From the NCBI GenBank assembly GCA_044892505.1, contig CM097882.1, positions 153,078,001-153,142,000 on the forward strand: a stretch of DNA of 64,000 bases, written 5' to 3'. Positions 25,202 through 39,530 of the stretch are shown one piece after another (position 1 is the first letter of the stretch; the number at the start of each line of letters is the position of its first letter). Under the pieces are notes generated by a model that saw only the letters and a list, made by a program, of their open reading frames with translations, was not told the origin of the DNA and did not search any database. This stretch comes from Schmidtea nova (lineage: Eukaryota). A program made the position numbers and the translations under genes.

Positions 25202-26827
25202 GTAAATGTAAAAGCTATGAAATGCACCATTAGTTATTGTAGCAAAGAAAGACGGAAACGTTAGAATATGCATGGATTACAGAGGCTTAAATTCAATTAT
25301 GAATGCTTGATAGGCAATATTTGTAAGACTATTTAGCAGATTCAAAATAAAGCTCGTCAATCAACTTGGGACAGGCATACTATCAAGTCGGTGTAGCGCC
25401 AGAAATTCAAGAATTAACTCTTTAAGTACTAAAGAAGGGAAATTTTTAATTTCACCAGATTAGCATTTGTATTAGCAACGGCCCCAGCAACATTTCAAAG
25501 GCTAATGCATACATTACTAGATAGCATTATCTTTAAATGAGTTATTGTGTACTTAGACGATATTTTACTTTATTGGTAAACTAAAGCTGGACACGATAAA
25601 ATGCTAGAAACAGTTCTCAATAGAATTCAAGATGCAGGTTTAAAGATCAGCTACGATTATATAAAAAAGAGTTAATTTTCTTGGACATGCTGTAAGCGCA
25701 AATGGAATCCAGATGAATGATAAAAGAATTGAAGAAATCCAAAATGCAAATATACCACAATGTGCCAAGCAGTTACGATCATTCTTGTGCATGACAAATT
25801 ATTATAGAAGATTCATTAAAGATTTCGCAAAGATTGCAGCTCCGCTTTATCAGGCAAAAACGGGATGCGAGAAGAAAATTTCATATACAAAAGAATGCGA
25901 AGATGCTTCTCAAACTCTCAAGGACAAATTGTGTGAAGCTCCAATATTGGACTATCCGAGTAAAAACCGAAACTTTATGCTAGATACATATGCCAGTTTC
26001 TGGGCTATTGGAGCAGTTTTAAGATAGTAGAAAGAGAATGGGTTAAGGTTACTGTGTCACAAGAAAAGAACTACTTGCTAAACACAAAAATGTGAGTTAT
26101 TTTTATCAATACATGTATGAGAAAGATTTGTAGTGCGAATAGATCAAAGAGCGTTAATATTTATGAATACAATAAAGCAAGCAAATTTTCCTCAATTTCA
26201 AACCTGGATGGCAAATTTATCAGAATATTACTTTGAATTAAGATATCATAAGGGAGAAGATCATTCAAATGCCGATGGATTATCCAGGATAAAAAGAATA
26301 GTATATGCACAATGTCAAACGAGACACGAGAATGCTAAGGAATGTTATTCACAGAGTTAGACACATCTGCATAATCCAGAAAACAGAGACAATGAAACAA
26401 ATAATAGAAGCGCAAGAAAAAGATGCCAAGTTTTACAAAATGAAGGAATAACTCGATGAACTCAGTTTAAATATGACAATATTCGATCCAAAAGATTATC
26501 TTTACAAACTAAGGAATGACTTGAAAGTAGAGAACTTTCTGAAGATCAAAAATGAAGGACTGGATTTAGTACTCGTTAAAAAAATTAACGAAGAACTTTG
26601 TCACATTGGAGTAAAAAAATTAGTACATTACTTAAAAAACTTTTTCAATGGCCAAGCATGCACATTACAATCAGAGAATGCCTACAAAAATGTGTGAAAT
26701 AGGAAAAGCAGAAAATAAACTCAGAGCAGACTAAAGAGATTCTAATAACGCGAACAAGTACAGAGTCTTATGGATCAAATAATTATCGAAATTGCTTATA
26801 TGAAACCACTAGCAACGAAAGGGTATG
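25202..26827 (+). pseudogene. Ty3/Gypsy pol fragment, copy 5
   Basis: Copy of 1763-3388. Confidence 0.9.
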
Positions 26828-26870
26828 AAGGTCGATTTAACGGCCACCTCGAAACATGATGGCAATCAAT

Positions 26871-26872
<2 letters not shown>

Positions 26873-26954
<82 letters not shown>
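26873..26954. repeat. (AT)41 microsatellite
   Basis: Counted directly. Confidence 0.95.
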
Positions 26955-26956
<2 letters not shown>

Positions 26957-27822
26957 ATCATATGATTTTACAAACAAGTTTCTAAAGATCAAATATTTAA
27001 TCCTTTTTTCCTCATAGATATGTAAAGTTTTAAATATCTCTTGAATATTGGAACTGAAGTACAACCTATTTTAAATAAACTATTAAATAAAAATGGCAAT
27101 TTATTCAAATAAATAAAATTATATATAAAATTAGAATAGCTTCTGGCAATGTATACAAATCAGTAACTTTTTTTCCTATAAATTTCGGTTTCAAAATGTT
27201 TATCTTTCTTTTCAATCAAACAATCAAGAAATGATAATTTAGAATTAATTTCTTCTTCAAAAATAAATTTAATATTTTTATGCTAATTAGTATTATAAAA
27301 GAAATATGATAAGGGATTGGTTTATCGTTCATGGACATTGCCGTCAACTTATTGTAAATGTATAACTATTATTGATAAATTACTTAATATACTACAGAAT
27401 AACGCATGGTGAGTGAAACTGTTGATTAGTGTAATAATAAATTGAATGTGATTGATGACAAAATGTCTCCTGGTGTTCATCGTTTAATTTCCTTGATATT
27501 ATATCTTTGATTGAAACAGTTGATGTTGTTATAGGAATGAATGATGGTGTTGATGGTAATAATAATGAAATAAATAAAATTTATTTGAAGGATAGCATTG
27601 GTTTTGTTATAGTTTTACCTTTTTCTGAGGATTTTGTAAATTTTAGAAATTCTATTATAAAAAATATTGGATTCATCTCTGTACAGTGTCAAGAGATGAA
27701 TACAATATTTTTTATAATAGATTATTTTTCAAGTTTCGACTATCTACTCTCTCACCCTTTCAGTGTAGTCCCTCTATGAAAATAAAACTGTATGCAAAAT
27801 ATTTGCCACAAAAAACGATTTT

Positions 27823-30800
27823 AAGGGTATGCACAAACGAATTGAAAATTTCAATATGTTAAATGCGGTCTGAGCAGCCAATAATCTAACAAAAAACTGA
27901 ACTGTTCCTTTTACATTTTTTATTTTGCTTTATATTTTCGACTGAATAGCAACGAACATAGGAAAAACATCGTGTTATTATAATTTGGGCATATTTTGCA
28001 AAATAGTGTTCTTGCTGCACTTGGGAAACTTCTTGCGATGCTCACGTACGACCTGTAATGCAAACTGAGTCTGTTCATCGTCCTTTGTCAGCAAGCCGCT
28101 GAATTCTTGAATCATAGCAATTCCTCTCTCTGCTGTGTCATTTGTGACTCTTAATTGTCGCACAATTTCTTCGCCATATAAATAATCTTCTCTTATGATC
28201 CATGTGATTGGATCAGCTTCCATGAATGCCTCAGATAATGATAGCAATTCAAAGAATTGCTGGTGACAAAATTGTGCAACTGTAGTTCAAGGATGTATTC
28301 TTTCTTAACCGTGATTCGTTTCTTGGGATTAGGTTTAGCTTTCTTTTGCAGTTCATTCAGCATGCTCTTCTTTTTTTCGACACACACTTCTCGATCAAAT
28401 AACGCAAGAGCCACTAAATCTTCACTCAAGTACCAAAGATGTCCGAGAATTTATTGAGAGTACATTTTGATGCTACGGAATTGAGAATAGCCAGCTTCTT
28501 AAGCAGTTGTAAGTCGTTAGAGGGAGCCATTGAAGGAACTAAACACAGCAACCACGATTTGACATACGCTTGCACCCCAAATAAGCACACTTCGGCCAAT
28601 CCTTTCCTTTCGCATTCCGTAAGCTTGAAATTTGTGTCTCGGAACAGGAATATATTGTAGGAATACAACAGCTTCGCCATAAACCGTGCGCGATGCAAAG
28701 CTCCAGGTTTGAGAAAATGAACTCCACGTGGTGGAACGCCACCCAGGAAGATGATCACTAATTCAAGGAGTTCCATGCAGTCATAACGTGGCTGCACGTT
28801 TTGTAGTTGATTGGTGCCGAATTGAATCATCTCAGCTATGTCTTCTTGCAGCGCTATATGAACGCTTTGATCAGCAATGCCGTACTTGTAGGAGTTAACT
28901 TCGATGTTGGGCCAGAATGATTGAAATCGCTTAAAGAGAGGGATGTTGGGACCACTTGATGGACCCATTGATTGAAGGAATATCTCTTCAAGCATTATCT
29001 CATGAATATGATGCCGACATGCGAGGTGAAGGATGCTTTAAAACAGAACACAAGCTTCACTTTTCAGTCCAGTATTGCTCGCAGTCGTATAAAAACTTAG
29101 ACCTTTGATGCGTTCTTGTAGACCCCATGAAGTCACTGATTCTACTAGAGCATTGGCAATTTCTTTACCTGTACCATTTGAAAGTTTGGGAATAGCAAGG
29201 AGCTGCTCACTTCCTGAGCCTGAAACGATTATGGCAAGTCGGTCCACATTCCGCTCTCCTGTCACATCTTTCAATATTTTGCCATCGAAATGAAGAATCA
29301 GTGGTTTTTTAGGATCAAAATTTTCTTTCACGTGAGCTGTTGTGACAGAACGATGCATGAGACTAACACGATGAATTGAAGATCGATTTATGTTAAATTC
29401 AGCTACATCTCCTGCAGATGCTTGGACAGCTGCTGACAGATTTTGAACAGCCGAACGGATGCTGGTTTTAGTGCGATCAAGAGATGACAAAACTTCAGGC
29501 CTCAACAAAGTTCGCATGCCTCTTTTACACTTCCGAGGGGTTTGATTTCCATTCCCATTTCCAAATATGGAATATGAAGTGTCTTCATCATTGGATTTAG
29601 TCTCGCTTGAAGAAATAGCTGCCTTGAGCTGTGATGAATTACATTCTTCTTTCTGTTTTCTTTCAAATTGTAATCGTTTCTTTTGTTGTGCAGTAGCTTT
29701 CTTTTCTTTCCGCGCTAGAGACGTATCCACACCAGCCATTGAACTAATTCGTCCTTTTTCTCTTTGAGCTAACAGAAACTGTCGATCTTCTTCAATTTTA
29801 ATTAATACCTGTGCGTCTTCATGAGCAATATCAAAGAAATCAGTGAAAGTCTGATTCAGCCCGTTTTCATTTGCAGTTTGTGTTGTAGATTGGCGTCCTT
29901 TGCTTTACTTGAGATTTTCCCACCTCGTCATTTTCTTTTCAAGCTGTTTAACGGCTTGGTGACGTGGTCTCACTGGAATCCATGCTCTATTCGAAAACTC
30001 CTCCACTTCAATTATTGTTTGTAACGCAGCATCATGTTTACTTTCAGCACAGGTCTGCAGTTTGTGCAGGTAGATACCCGTTACATCACCAATAGAAGGC
30101 AATTTAGCTCCAGCAAGAGTTTCCTTAATTGATCCAAGTAGATAAACATTTGCATTACTTCTCGTAATACAATTCATACTAAAGCAATAAGGAAATATAA
30201 ATAATTCAATTAACATGGTTTGATAATTAAAAATGAACTGTAAGCACTTATACCTACTCCGTATTAGAAAATAGATAGCTCTCAGTGTATTTAAATTTGC
30301 ACAAAATTTATAAAAAATTAAAACAAAATAATAATAATAGGGTTCATTCCAAATTAAATTACTGCATTGTTCTATTTTCTGTCTTTTATCAATAACTTTT
30401 GAAAGACATAAGACAAATTCGTTCTATTTTTTAATTTAATCATAAGAACTTTATTTTATTAGTGAAATTAATTTGGTATTAAAATGTATGAAGTTGACTT
30501 GTTTAAATGCTGTATTATTTGGCGGTTTTAAAAAACACGCATCTTCACCTTCTGTACCATCGTTGACAGTAACCATGTCACACTTAATTTTTCTAAAATT
30601 TTTATTAATTTCTGTTCTGTAAGGTATTTTAAATGCTGAAGAAAATATATAGCTTTGAGAGTATTTAAATTTGCACAATATTTATAAAAACTTAAAACAA
30701 CTTGCGCATACCCTGAATCAACAGTGATCAATTAAATATTTTCCCAAACTTAGTTTCTTATATGGGAGCACTTTCTAAAGGGTGAGGACAATGATTTTGT

Positions 30801-30836
30801 GATTTTAAAATTTTTTGTCTTTTAAGGGACACCCTA
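27823..30836 (-). mobile_element. hATm-like transposon, copy 5 (transposase relic 27978-30216)
   Basis: Copy of 4404-7417. Confidence 0.78.
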
Positions 30837-31065
30837 CTGTACACGAGTTAAAAAGCATACAAGAAAGAGCTGAAAGAGTAACATTATGGAGCATAATGAG
30901 ACTTGCAAGAAAAGCATTGAGAATTTCCAATTTCAAAATACTTTCTACGGGTTCTAAAAATTATTATGAACGTGTAAATTGTGAGGGTTTGATGATAAAA
31001 GCATTTAATTAAAATAAACATACAAAATGCAATATCTACATGCATTTTGAGAGTTTTTAATTAAT

Positions 31066-32691
31066 GTAAATGTAAAAGCTATGAAATGCACCATTAGTTA
31101 TTGTAGCAAAGAAAGACGGAAACGTTAGAATATGCATGGATTACAGAGGCTTAAATTCAATTATGAATGCTTGATAGGCAATATTTGTAAGACTATTTAG
31201 CAGATTCAAAATAAAGCTCGTCAATCAACTTGGGACAGGCATACTATCAAGTCGGTGTAGCGCCAGAAATTCAAGAATTAACTCTTTAAGTACTAAAGAA
31301 GGGAAATTTTTAATTTCACCAGATTAGCATTTGTATTAGCAACGGCCCCAGCAACATTTCAAAGGCTAATGCATACATTACTAGATAGCATTATCTTTAA
31401 ATGAGTTATTGTGTACTTAGACGATATTTTACTTTATTGGTAAACTAAAGCTGGACACGATAAAATGCTAGAAACAGTTCTCAATAGAATTCAAGATGCA
31501 GGTTTAAAGATCAGCTACGATTATATAAAAAAGAGTTAATTTTCTTGGACATGCTGTAAGCGCAAATGGAATCCAGATGAATGATAAAAGAATTGAAGAA
31601 ATCCAAAATGCAAATATACCACAATGTGCCAAGCAGTTACGATCATTCTTGTGCATGACAAATTATTATAGAAGATTCATTAAAGATTTCGCAAAGATTG
31701 CAGCTCCGCTTTATCAGGCAAAAACGGGATGCGAGAAGAAAATTTCATATACAAAAGAATGCGAAGATGCTTCTCAAACTCTCAAGGACAAATTGTGTGA
31801 AGCTCCAATATTGGACTATCCGAGTAAAAACCGAAACTTTATGCTAGATACATATGCCAGTTTCTGGGCTATTGGAGCAGTTTTAAGATAGTAGAAAGAG
31901 AATGGGTTAAGGTTACTGTGTCACAAGAAAAGAACTACTTGCTAAACACAAAAATGTGAGTTATTTTTATCAATACATGTATGAGAAAGATTTGTAGTGC
32001 GAATAGATCAAAGAGCGTTAATATTTATGAATACAATAAAGCAAGCAAATTTTCCTCAATTTCAAACCTGGATGGCAAATTTATCAGAATATTACTTTGA
32101 ATTAAGATATCATAAGGGAGAAGATCATTCAAATGCCGATGGATTATCCAGGATAAAAAGAATAGTATATGCACAATGTCAAACGAGACACGAGAATGCT
32201 AAGGAATGTTATTCACAGAGTTAGACACATCTGCATAATCCAGAAAACAGAGACAATGAAACAAATAATAGAAGCGCAAGAAAAAGATGCCAAGTTTTAC
32301 AAAATGAAGGAATAACTCGATGAACTCAGTTTAAATATGACAATATTCGATCCAAAAGATTATCTTTACAAACTAAGGAATGACTTGAAAGTAGAGAACT
32401 TTCTGAAGATCAAAAATGAAGGACTGGATTTAGTACTCGTTAAAAAAATTAACGAAGAACTTTGTCACATTGGAGTAAAAAAATTAGTACATTACTTAAA
32501 AAACTTTTTCAATGGCCAAGCATGCACATTACAATCAGAGAATGCCTACAAAAATGTGTGAAATAGGAAAAGCAGAAAATAAACTCAGAGCAGACTAAAG
32601 AGATTCTAATAACGCGAACAAGTACAGAGTCTTATGGATCAAATAATTATCGAAATTGCTTATATGAAACCACTAGCAACGAAAGGGTATG
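31066..32691 (+). pseudogene. Ty3/Gypsy pol fragment, copy 6
   Basis: Copy of 1763-3388. Confidence 0.9.
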
Positions 32692-32734
32692 AAGGTCGAT
32701 TTAACGGCCACCTCGAAACATGATGGCAATCAAT

Positions 32735-32736
<2 letters not shown>

Positions 32737-32786
<50 letters not shown>
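32737..32786. repeat. (AT)25 microsatellite
   Basis: Counted directly. Confidence 0.95.
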
Positions 32787-32788
<2 letters not shown>

Positions 32789-33654
32789 ATCATATGATTT
32801 TACAAACAAGTTTCTAAAGATCAAATATTTAATCCTTTTTTCCTCATAGATATGTAAAGTTTTAAATATCTCTTGAATATTGGAACTGAAGTACAACCTA
32901 TTTTAAATAAACTATTAAATAAAAATGGCAATTTATTCAAATAAATAAAATTATATATAAAATTAGAATAGCTTCTGGCAATGTATACAAATCAGTAACT
33001 TTTTTTCCTATAAATTTCGGTTTCAAAATGTTTATCTTTCTTTTCAATCAAACAATCAAGAAATGATAATTTAGAATTAATTTCTTCTTCAAAAATAAAT
33101 TTAATATTTTTATGCTAATTAGTATTATAAAAGAAATATGATAAGGGATTGGTTTATCGTTCATGGACATTGCCGTCAACTTATTGTAAATGTATAACTA
33201 TTATTGATAAATTACTTAATATACTACAGAATAACGCATGGTGAGTGAAACTGTTGATTAGTGTAATAATAAATTGAATGTGATTGATGACAAAATGTCT
33301 CCTGGTGTTCATCGTTTAATTTCCTTGATATTATATCTTTGATTGAAACAGTTGATGTTGTTATAGGAATGAATGATGGTGTTGATGGTAATAATAATGA
33401 AATAAATAAAATTTATTTGAAGGATAGCATTGGTTTTGTTATAGTTTTACCTTTTTCTGAGGATTTTGTAAATTTTAGAAATTCTATTATAAAAAATATT
33501 GGATTCATCTCTGTACAGTGTCAAGAGATGAATACAATATTTTTTATAATAGATTATTTTTCAAGTTTCGACTATCTACTCTCTCACCCTTTCAGTGTAG
33601 TCCCTCTATGAAAATAAAACTGTATGCAAAATATTTGCCACAAAAAACGATTTT

Positions 33655-36600
33655 AAGGGTATGCACAAACGAATTGAAAATTTCAATATGTTAAATGCGG
33701 TCTGAGCAGCCAATAATCTAACAAAAAACTGAACTGTTCCTTTTACATTTTTTATTTTGCTTTATATTTTCGACTGAATAGCAACGAACATAGGAAAAAC
33801 ATCGTGTTATTATAATTTGGGCATATTTTGCAAAATAGTGTTCTTGCTGCACTTGGGAAACTTCTTGCGATGCTCACGTACGACCTGTAATGCAAACTGA
33901 GTCTGTTCATCGTCCTTTGTCAGCAAGCCGCTGAATTCTTGAATCATAGCAATTCCTCTCTCTGCTGTGTCATTTGTGACTCTTAATTGTCGCACAATTT
34001 CTTCGCCATATAAATAATCTTCTCTTATGATCCATGTGATTGGATCAGCTTCCATGAATGCCTCAGATAATGATAGCAATTCAAAGAATTGCTGGTGACA
34101 AAATTGTGCAACTGTAGTTCAAGGATGTATTCTTTCTTAACCGTGATTCGTTTCTTGGGATTAGGTTTAGCTTTCTTTTGCAGTTCATTCAGCATGCTCT
34201 TCTTTTTTTCGACACACACTTCTCGATCAAATAACGCAAGAGCCACTAAATCTTCACTCAAGTACCAAAGATGTCCGAGAATTTATTGAGAGTACATTTT
34301 GATGCTACGGAATTGAGAATAGCCAGCTTCTTAAGCAGTTGTAAGTCGTTAGAGGGAGCCATTGAAGGAACTAAACACAGCAACCACGATTTGACATACG
34401 CTTGCACCCCAAATAAGCACACTTCGGCCAATCCTTTCCTTTCGCATTCCGTAAGCTTGAAATTTGTGTCTCGGAACAGGAATATATTGTAGGAATACAA
34501 CAGCTTCGCCATAAACCGTGCGCGATGCAAAGCTCCAGGTTTGAGAAAATGAACTCCACGTGGTGGAACGCCACCCAGGAAGATGATCACTAATTCAAGG
34601 AGTTCCATGCAGTCATAACGTGGCTGCACGTTTTGTAGTTGATTGGTGCCGAATTGAATCATCTCAGCTATGTCTTCTTGCAGCGCTATATGAACGCTTT
34701 GATCAGCAATGCCGTACTTGTAGGAGTTAACTTCGATGTTGGGCCAGAATGATTGAAATCGCTTAAAGAGAGGGATGTTGGGACCACTTGATGGACCCAT
34801 TGATTGAAGGAATATCTCTTCAAGCATTATCTCATGAATATGATGCCGACATGCGAGGTGAAGGATGCTTTAAAACAGAACACAAGCTTCACTTTTCAGT
34901 CCAGTATTGCTCGCAGTCGTATAAAAACTTAGACCTTTGATGCGTTCTTGTAGACCCCATGAAGTCACTGATTCTACTAGAGCATTGGCAATTTCTTTAC
35001 CTGTACCATTTGAAAGTTTGGGAATAGCAAGGAGCTGCTCACTTCCTGAGCCTGAAACGATTATGGCAAGTCGGTCCACATTCCGCTCTCCTGTCACATC
35101 TTTCAATATTTTGCCATCGAAATGAAGAATCAGTGGTTTTTTAGGATCAAAATTTTCTTTCACGTGAGCTGTTGTGACAGAACGATGCATGAGACTAACA
35201 CGATGAATTGAAGATCGATTTATGTTAAATTCAGCTACATCTCCTGCAGATGCTTGGACAGCTGCTGACAGATTTTGAACAGCCGAACGGATGCTGGTTT
35301 TAGTGCGATCAAGAGATGACAAAACTTCAGGCCTCAACAAAGTTCGCATGCCTCTTTTACACTTCCGAGGGGTTTGATTTCCATTCCCATTTCCAAATAT
35401 GGAATATGAAGTGTCTTCATCATTGGATTTAGTCTCGCTTGAAGAAATAGCTGCCTTGAGCTGTGATGAATTACATTCTTCTTTCTGTTTTCTTTCAAAT
35501 TGTAATCGTTTCTTTTGTTGTGCAGTAGCTTTCTTTTCTTTCCGCGCTAGAGACGTATCCACACCAGCCATTGAACTAATTCGTCCTTTTTCTCTTTGAG
35601 CTAACAGAAACTGTCGATCTTCTTCAATTTTAATTAATACCTGTGCGTCTTCATGAGCAATATCAAAGAAATCAGTGAAAGTCTGATTCAGCCCGTTTTC
35701 ATTTGCAGTTTGTGTTGTAGATTGGCGTCCTTTGCTTTACTTGAGATTTTCCCACCTCGTCATTTTCTTTTCAAGCTGTTTAACGGCTTGGTGACGTGGT
35801 CTCACTGGAATCCATGCTCTATTCGAAAACTCCTCCACTTCAATTATTGTTTGTAACGCAGCATCATGTTTACTTTCAGCACAGGTCTGCAGTTTGTGCA
35901 GGTAGATACCCGTTACATCACCAATAGAAGGCAATTTAGCTCCAGCAAGAGTTTCCTTAATTGATCCAAGTAGATAAACATTTGCATTACTTCTCGTAAT
36001 ACAATTCATACTAAAGCAATAAGGAAATATAAATAATTCAATTAACATGGTTTGATAATTAAAAATGAACTGTAAGCACTTATACCTACTCCGTATTAGA
36101 AAATAGATAGCTCTCAGTGTATTTAAATTTGCACAAAATTTATAAAAAATTAAAACAAAATAATAATAATAGGGTTCATTCCAAATTAAATTACTGCATT
36201 GTTCTATTTTCTGTCTTTTATCAATAACTTTTGAAAGACATAAGACAAATTCGTTCTATTTTTTAATTTAATCATAAGAACTTTATTTTATTAGTGAAAT
36301 TAATTTGGTATTAAAATGTATGAAGTTGACTTGTTTAAATGCTGTATTATTTGGCGGTTTTAAAAAACACGCATCTTCACCTTCTGTACCATCGTTGACA
36401 GTAACCATGTCACACTTAATTTTTCTAAAATTTTTATTAATTTCTGTTCTGTAAGGTATTTTAAATGCTGAAGAAAATATATAGCTTTGAGAGTATTTAA
36501 ATTTGCACAATATTTATAAAAACTTAAAACAACTTGCGCATACCCTGAATCAACAGTGATCAATTAAATATTTTCCCAAACTTAGTTTCTTATATGGGAG

Positions 36601-36668
36601 CACTTTCTAAAGGGTGAGGACAATGATTTTGTGATTTTAAAATTTTTTGTCTTTTAAGGGACACCCTA
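33655..36668 (-). mobile_element. hATm-like transposon, copy 6 (transposase relic 33810-36048)
   Basis: Copy of 4404-7417. Confidence 0.78.
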
Positions 36669-36897
36669 CTGTACACGAGTTAAAAAGCATACAAGAAAGA
36701 GCTGAAAGAGTAACATTATGGAGCATAATGAGACTTGCAAGAAAAGCATTGAGAATTTCCAATTTCAAAATACTTTCTACGGGTTCTAAAAATTATTATG
36801 AACGTGTAAATTGTGAGGGTTTGATGATAAAAGCATTTAATTAAAATAAACATACAAAATGCAATATCTACATGCATTTTGAGAGTTTTTAATTAAT

Positions 36898-38523
36898 GTA
36901 AATGTAAAAGCTATGAAATGCACCATTAGTTATTGTAGCAAAGAAAGACGGAAACGTTAGAATATGCATGGATTACAGAGGCTTAAATTCAATTATGAAT
37001 GCTTGATAGGCAATATTTGTAAGACTATTTAGCAGATTCAAAATAAAGCTCGTCAATCAACTTGGGACAGGCATACTATCAAGTCGGTGTAGCGCCAGAA
37101 ATTCAAGAATTAACTCTTTAAGTACTAAAGAAGGGAAATTTTTAATTTCACCAGATTAGCATTTGTATTAGCAACGGCCCCAGCAACATTTCAAAGGCTA
37201 ATGCATACATTACTAGATAGCATTATCTTTAAATGAGTTATTGTGTACTTAGACGATATTTTACTTTATTGGTAAACTAAAGCTGGACACGATAAAATGC
37301 TAGAAACAGTTCTCAATAGAATTCAAGATGCAGGTTTAAAGATCAGCTACGATTATATAAAAAAGAGTTAATTTTCTTGGACATGCTGTAAGCGCAAATG
37401 GAATCCAGATGAATGATAAAAGAATTGAAGAAATCCAAAATGCAAATATACCACAATGTGCCAAGCAGTTACGATCATTCTTGTGCATGACAAATTATTA
37501 TAGAAGATTCATTAAAGATTTCGCAAAGATTGCAGCTCCGCTTTATCAGGCAAAAACGGGATGCGAGAAGAAAATTTCATATACAAAAGAATGCGAAGAT
37601 GCTTCTCAAACTCTCAAGGACAAATTGTGTGAAGCTCCAATATTGGACTATCCGAGTAAAAACCGAAACTTTATGCTAGATACATATGCCAGTTTCTGGG
37701 CTATTGGAGCAGTTTTAAGATAGTAGAAAGAGAATGGGTTAAGGTTACTGTGTCACAAGAAAAGAACTACTTGCTAAACACAAAAATGTGAGTTATTTTT
37801 ATCAATACATGTATGAGAAAGATTTGTAGTGCGAATAGATCAAAGAGCGTTAATATTTATGAATACAATAAAGCAAGCAAATTTTCCTCAATTTCAAACC
37901 TGGATGGCAAATTTATCAGAATATTACTTTGAATTAAGATATCATAAGGGAGAAGATCATTCAAATGCCGATGGATTATCCAGGATAAAAAGAATAGTAT
38001 ATGCACAATGTCAAACGAGACACGAGAATGCTAAGGAATGTTATTCACAGAGTTAGACACATCTGCATAATCCAGAAAACAGAGACAATGAAACAAATAA
38101 TAGAAGCGCAAGAAAAAGATGCCAAGTTTTACAAAATGAAGGAATAACTCGATGAACTCAGTTTAAATATGACAATATTCGATCCAAAAGATTATCTTTA
38201 CAAACTAAGGAATGACTTGAAAGTAGAGAACTTTCTGAAGATCAAAAATGAAGGACTGGATTTAGTACTCGTTAAAAAAATTAACGAAGAACTTTGTCAC
38301 ATTGGAGTAAAAAAATTAGTACATTACTTAAAAAACTTTTTCAATGGCCAAGCATGCACATTACAATCAGAGAATGCCTACAAAAATGTGTGAAATAGGA
38401 AAAGCAGAAAATAAACTCAGAGCAGACTAAAGAGATTCTAATAACGCGAACAAGTACAGAGTCTTATGGATCAAATAATTATCGAAATTGCTTATATGAA
38501 ACCACTAGCAACGAAAGGGTATG
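36898..38523 (+). pseudogene. Ty3/Gypsy pol fragment, copy 7
   Basis: Copy of 1763-3388. Confidence 0.9.
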
Positions 38524-38550
38524 AAGGTCGATTTAACGGCCACCTCGAAA

Positions 38551-38682
38551 NNNNNNNNNNNNNNNNNNNNNNNNNNNNNNNNNNNNNNNNNNNNNNNNNN
38601 NNNNNNNNNNNNNNNNNNNNNNNNNNNNNNNNNNNNNNNNNNNNNNNNNNNNNNNNNNNNNNNNNNNNNNNNNNNNNNNNNN
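38551..38682. repeat. Masked (AT)n tract, inferred (AT)47
   Basis: 132 N minus 38 fixed bp. Confidence 0.85.
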
Positions 38683-39530
38683 CAAGTTTCTAAAGATCAA
38701 ATATTTAATCCTTTTTTCCTCATAGATATGTAAAGTTTTAAATATCTCTTGAATATTGGAACTGAAGTACAACCTATTTTAAATAAACTATTAAATAAAA
38801 ATGGCAATTTATTCAAATAAATAAAATTATATATAAAATTAGAATAGCTTCTGGCAATGTATACAAATCAGTAACTTTTTTTCCTATAAATTTCGGTTTC
38901 AAAATGTTTATCTTTCTTTTCAATCAAACAATCAAGAAATGATAATTTAGAATTAATTTCTTCTTCAAAAACAAATTTAATATTTTTATGCTAATTAGTA
39001 TTATAAAAGAAATATGATAAGGGATTGGTTTATCGTTCATGGACATTGCCGTCAACTTATTGTAAATGTATAACTATTATTGATAAATTACTTAATATAC
39101 TACAGAATAACGCATGGTGAGTGAAACTGTTGATTAGTGTAATAATAAATTGAATGTGATTGATGACAAAATGTCTCCTGGTGTTCATCGTTTAATTTCC
39201 TTGATATTATATCTTTGATTGAAACAGTTGATGTTGTTATAGGAATGAATGATGGTGTTGATGGTAATAATAATGAAATAAATAAAATTTATTTGAAGGA
39301 TAGCATTGGTTTTGTTATAGTTTTACCTTTTTCTGAGGATTTTGTAAATTTTAGAAATTCTATTATAAAAAATATTGGATTCATCTCTCTACAGTGTCAA
39401 GAGATGAATACAATATTTTTTATAATAGATTATTTTTCAAGTTTCGACTATCTACTCTCTCACCCTTTCAGTGTAGTCCCTCTATGAAAATAAAACTGTA
39501 TGCAAAATATTTGCCACAAAAAACGATTTT

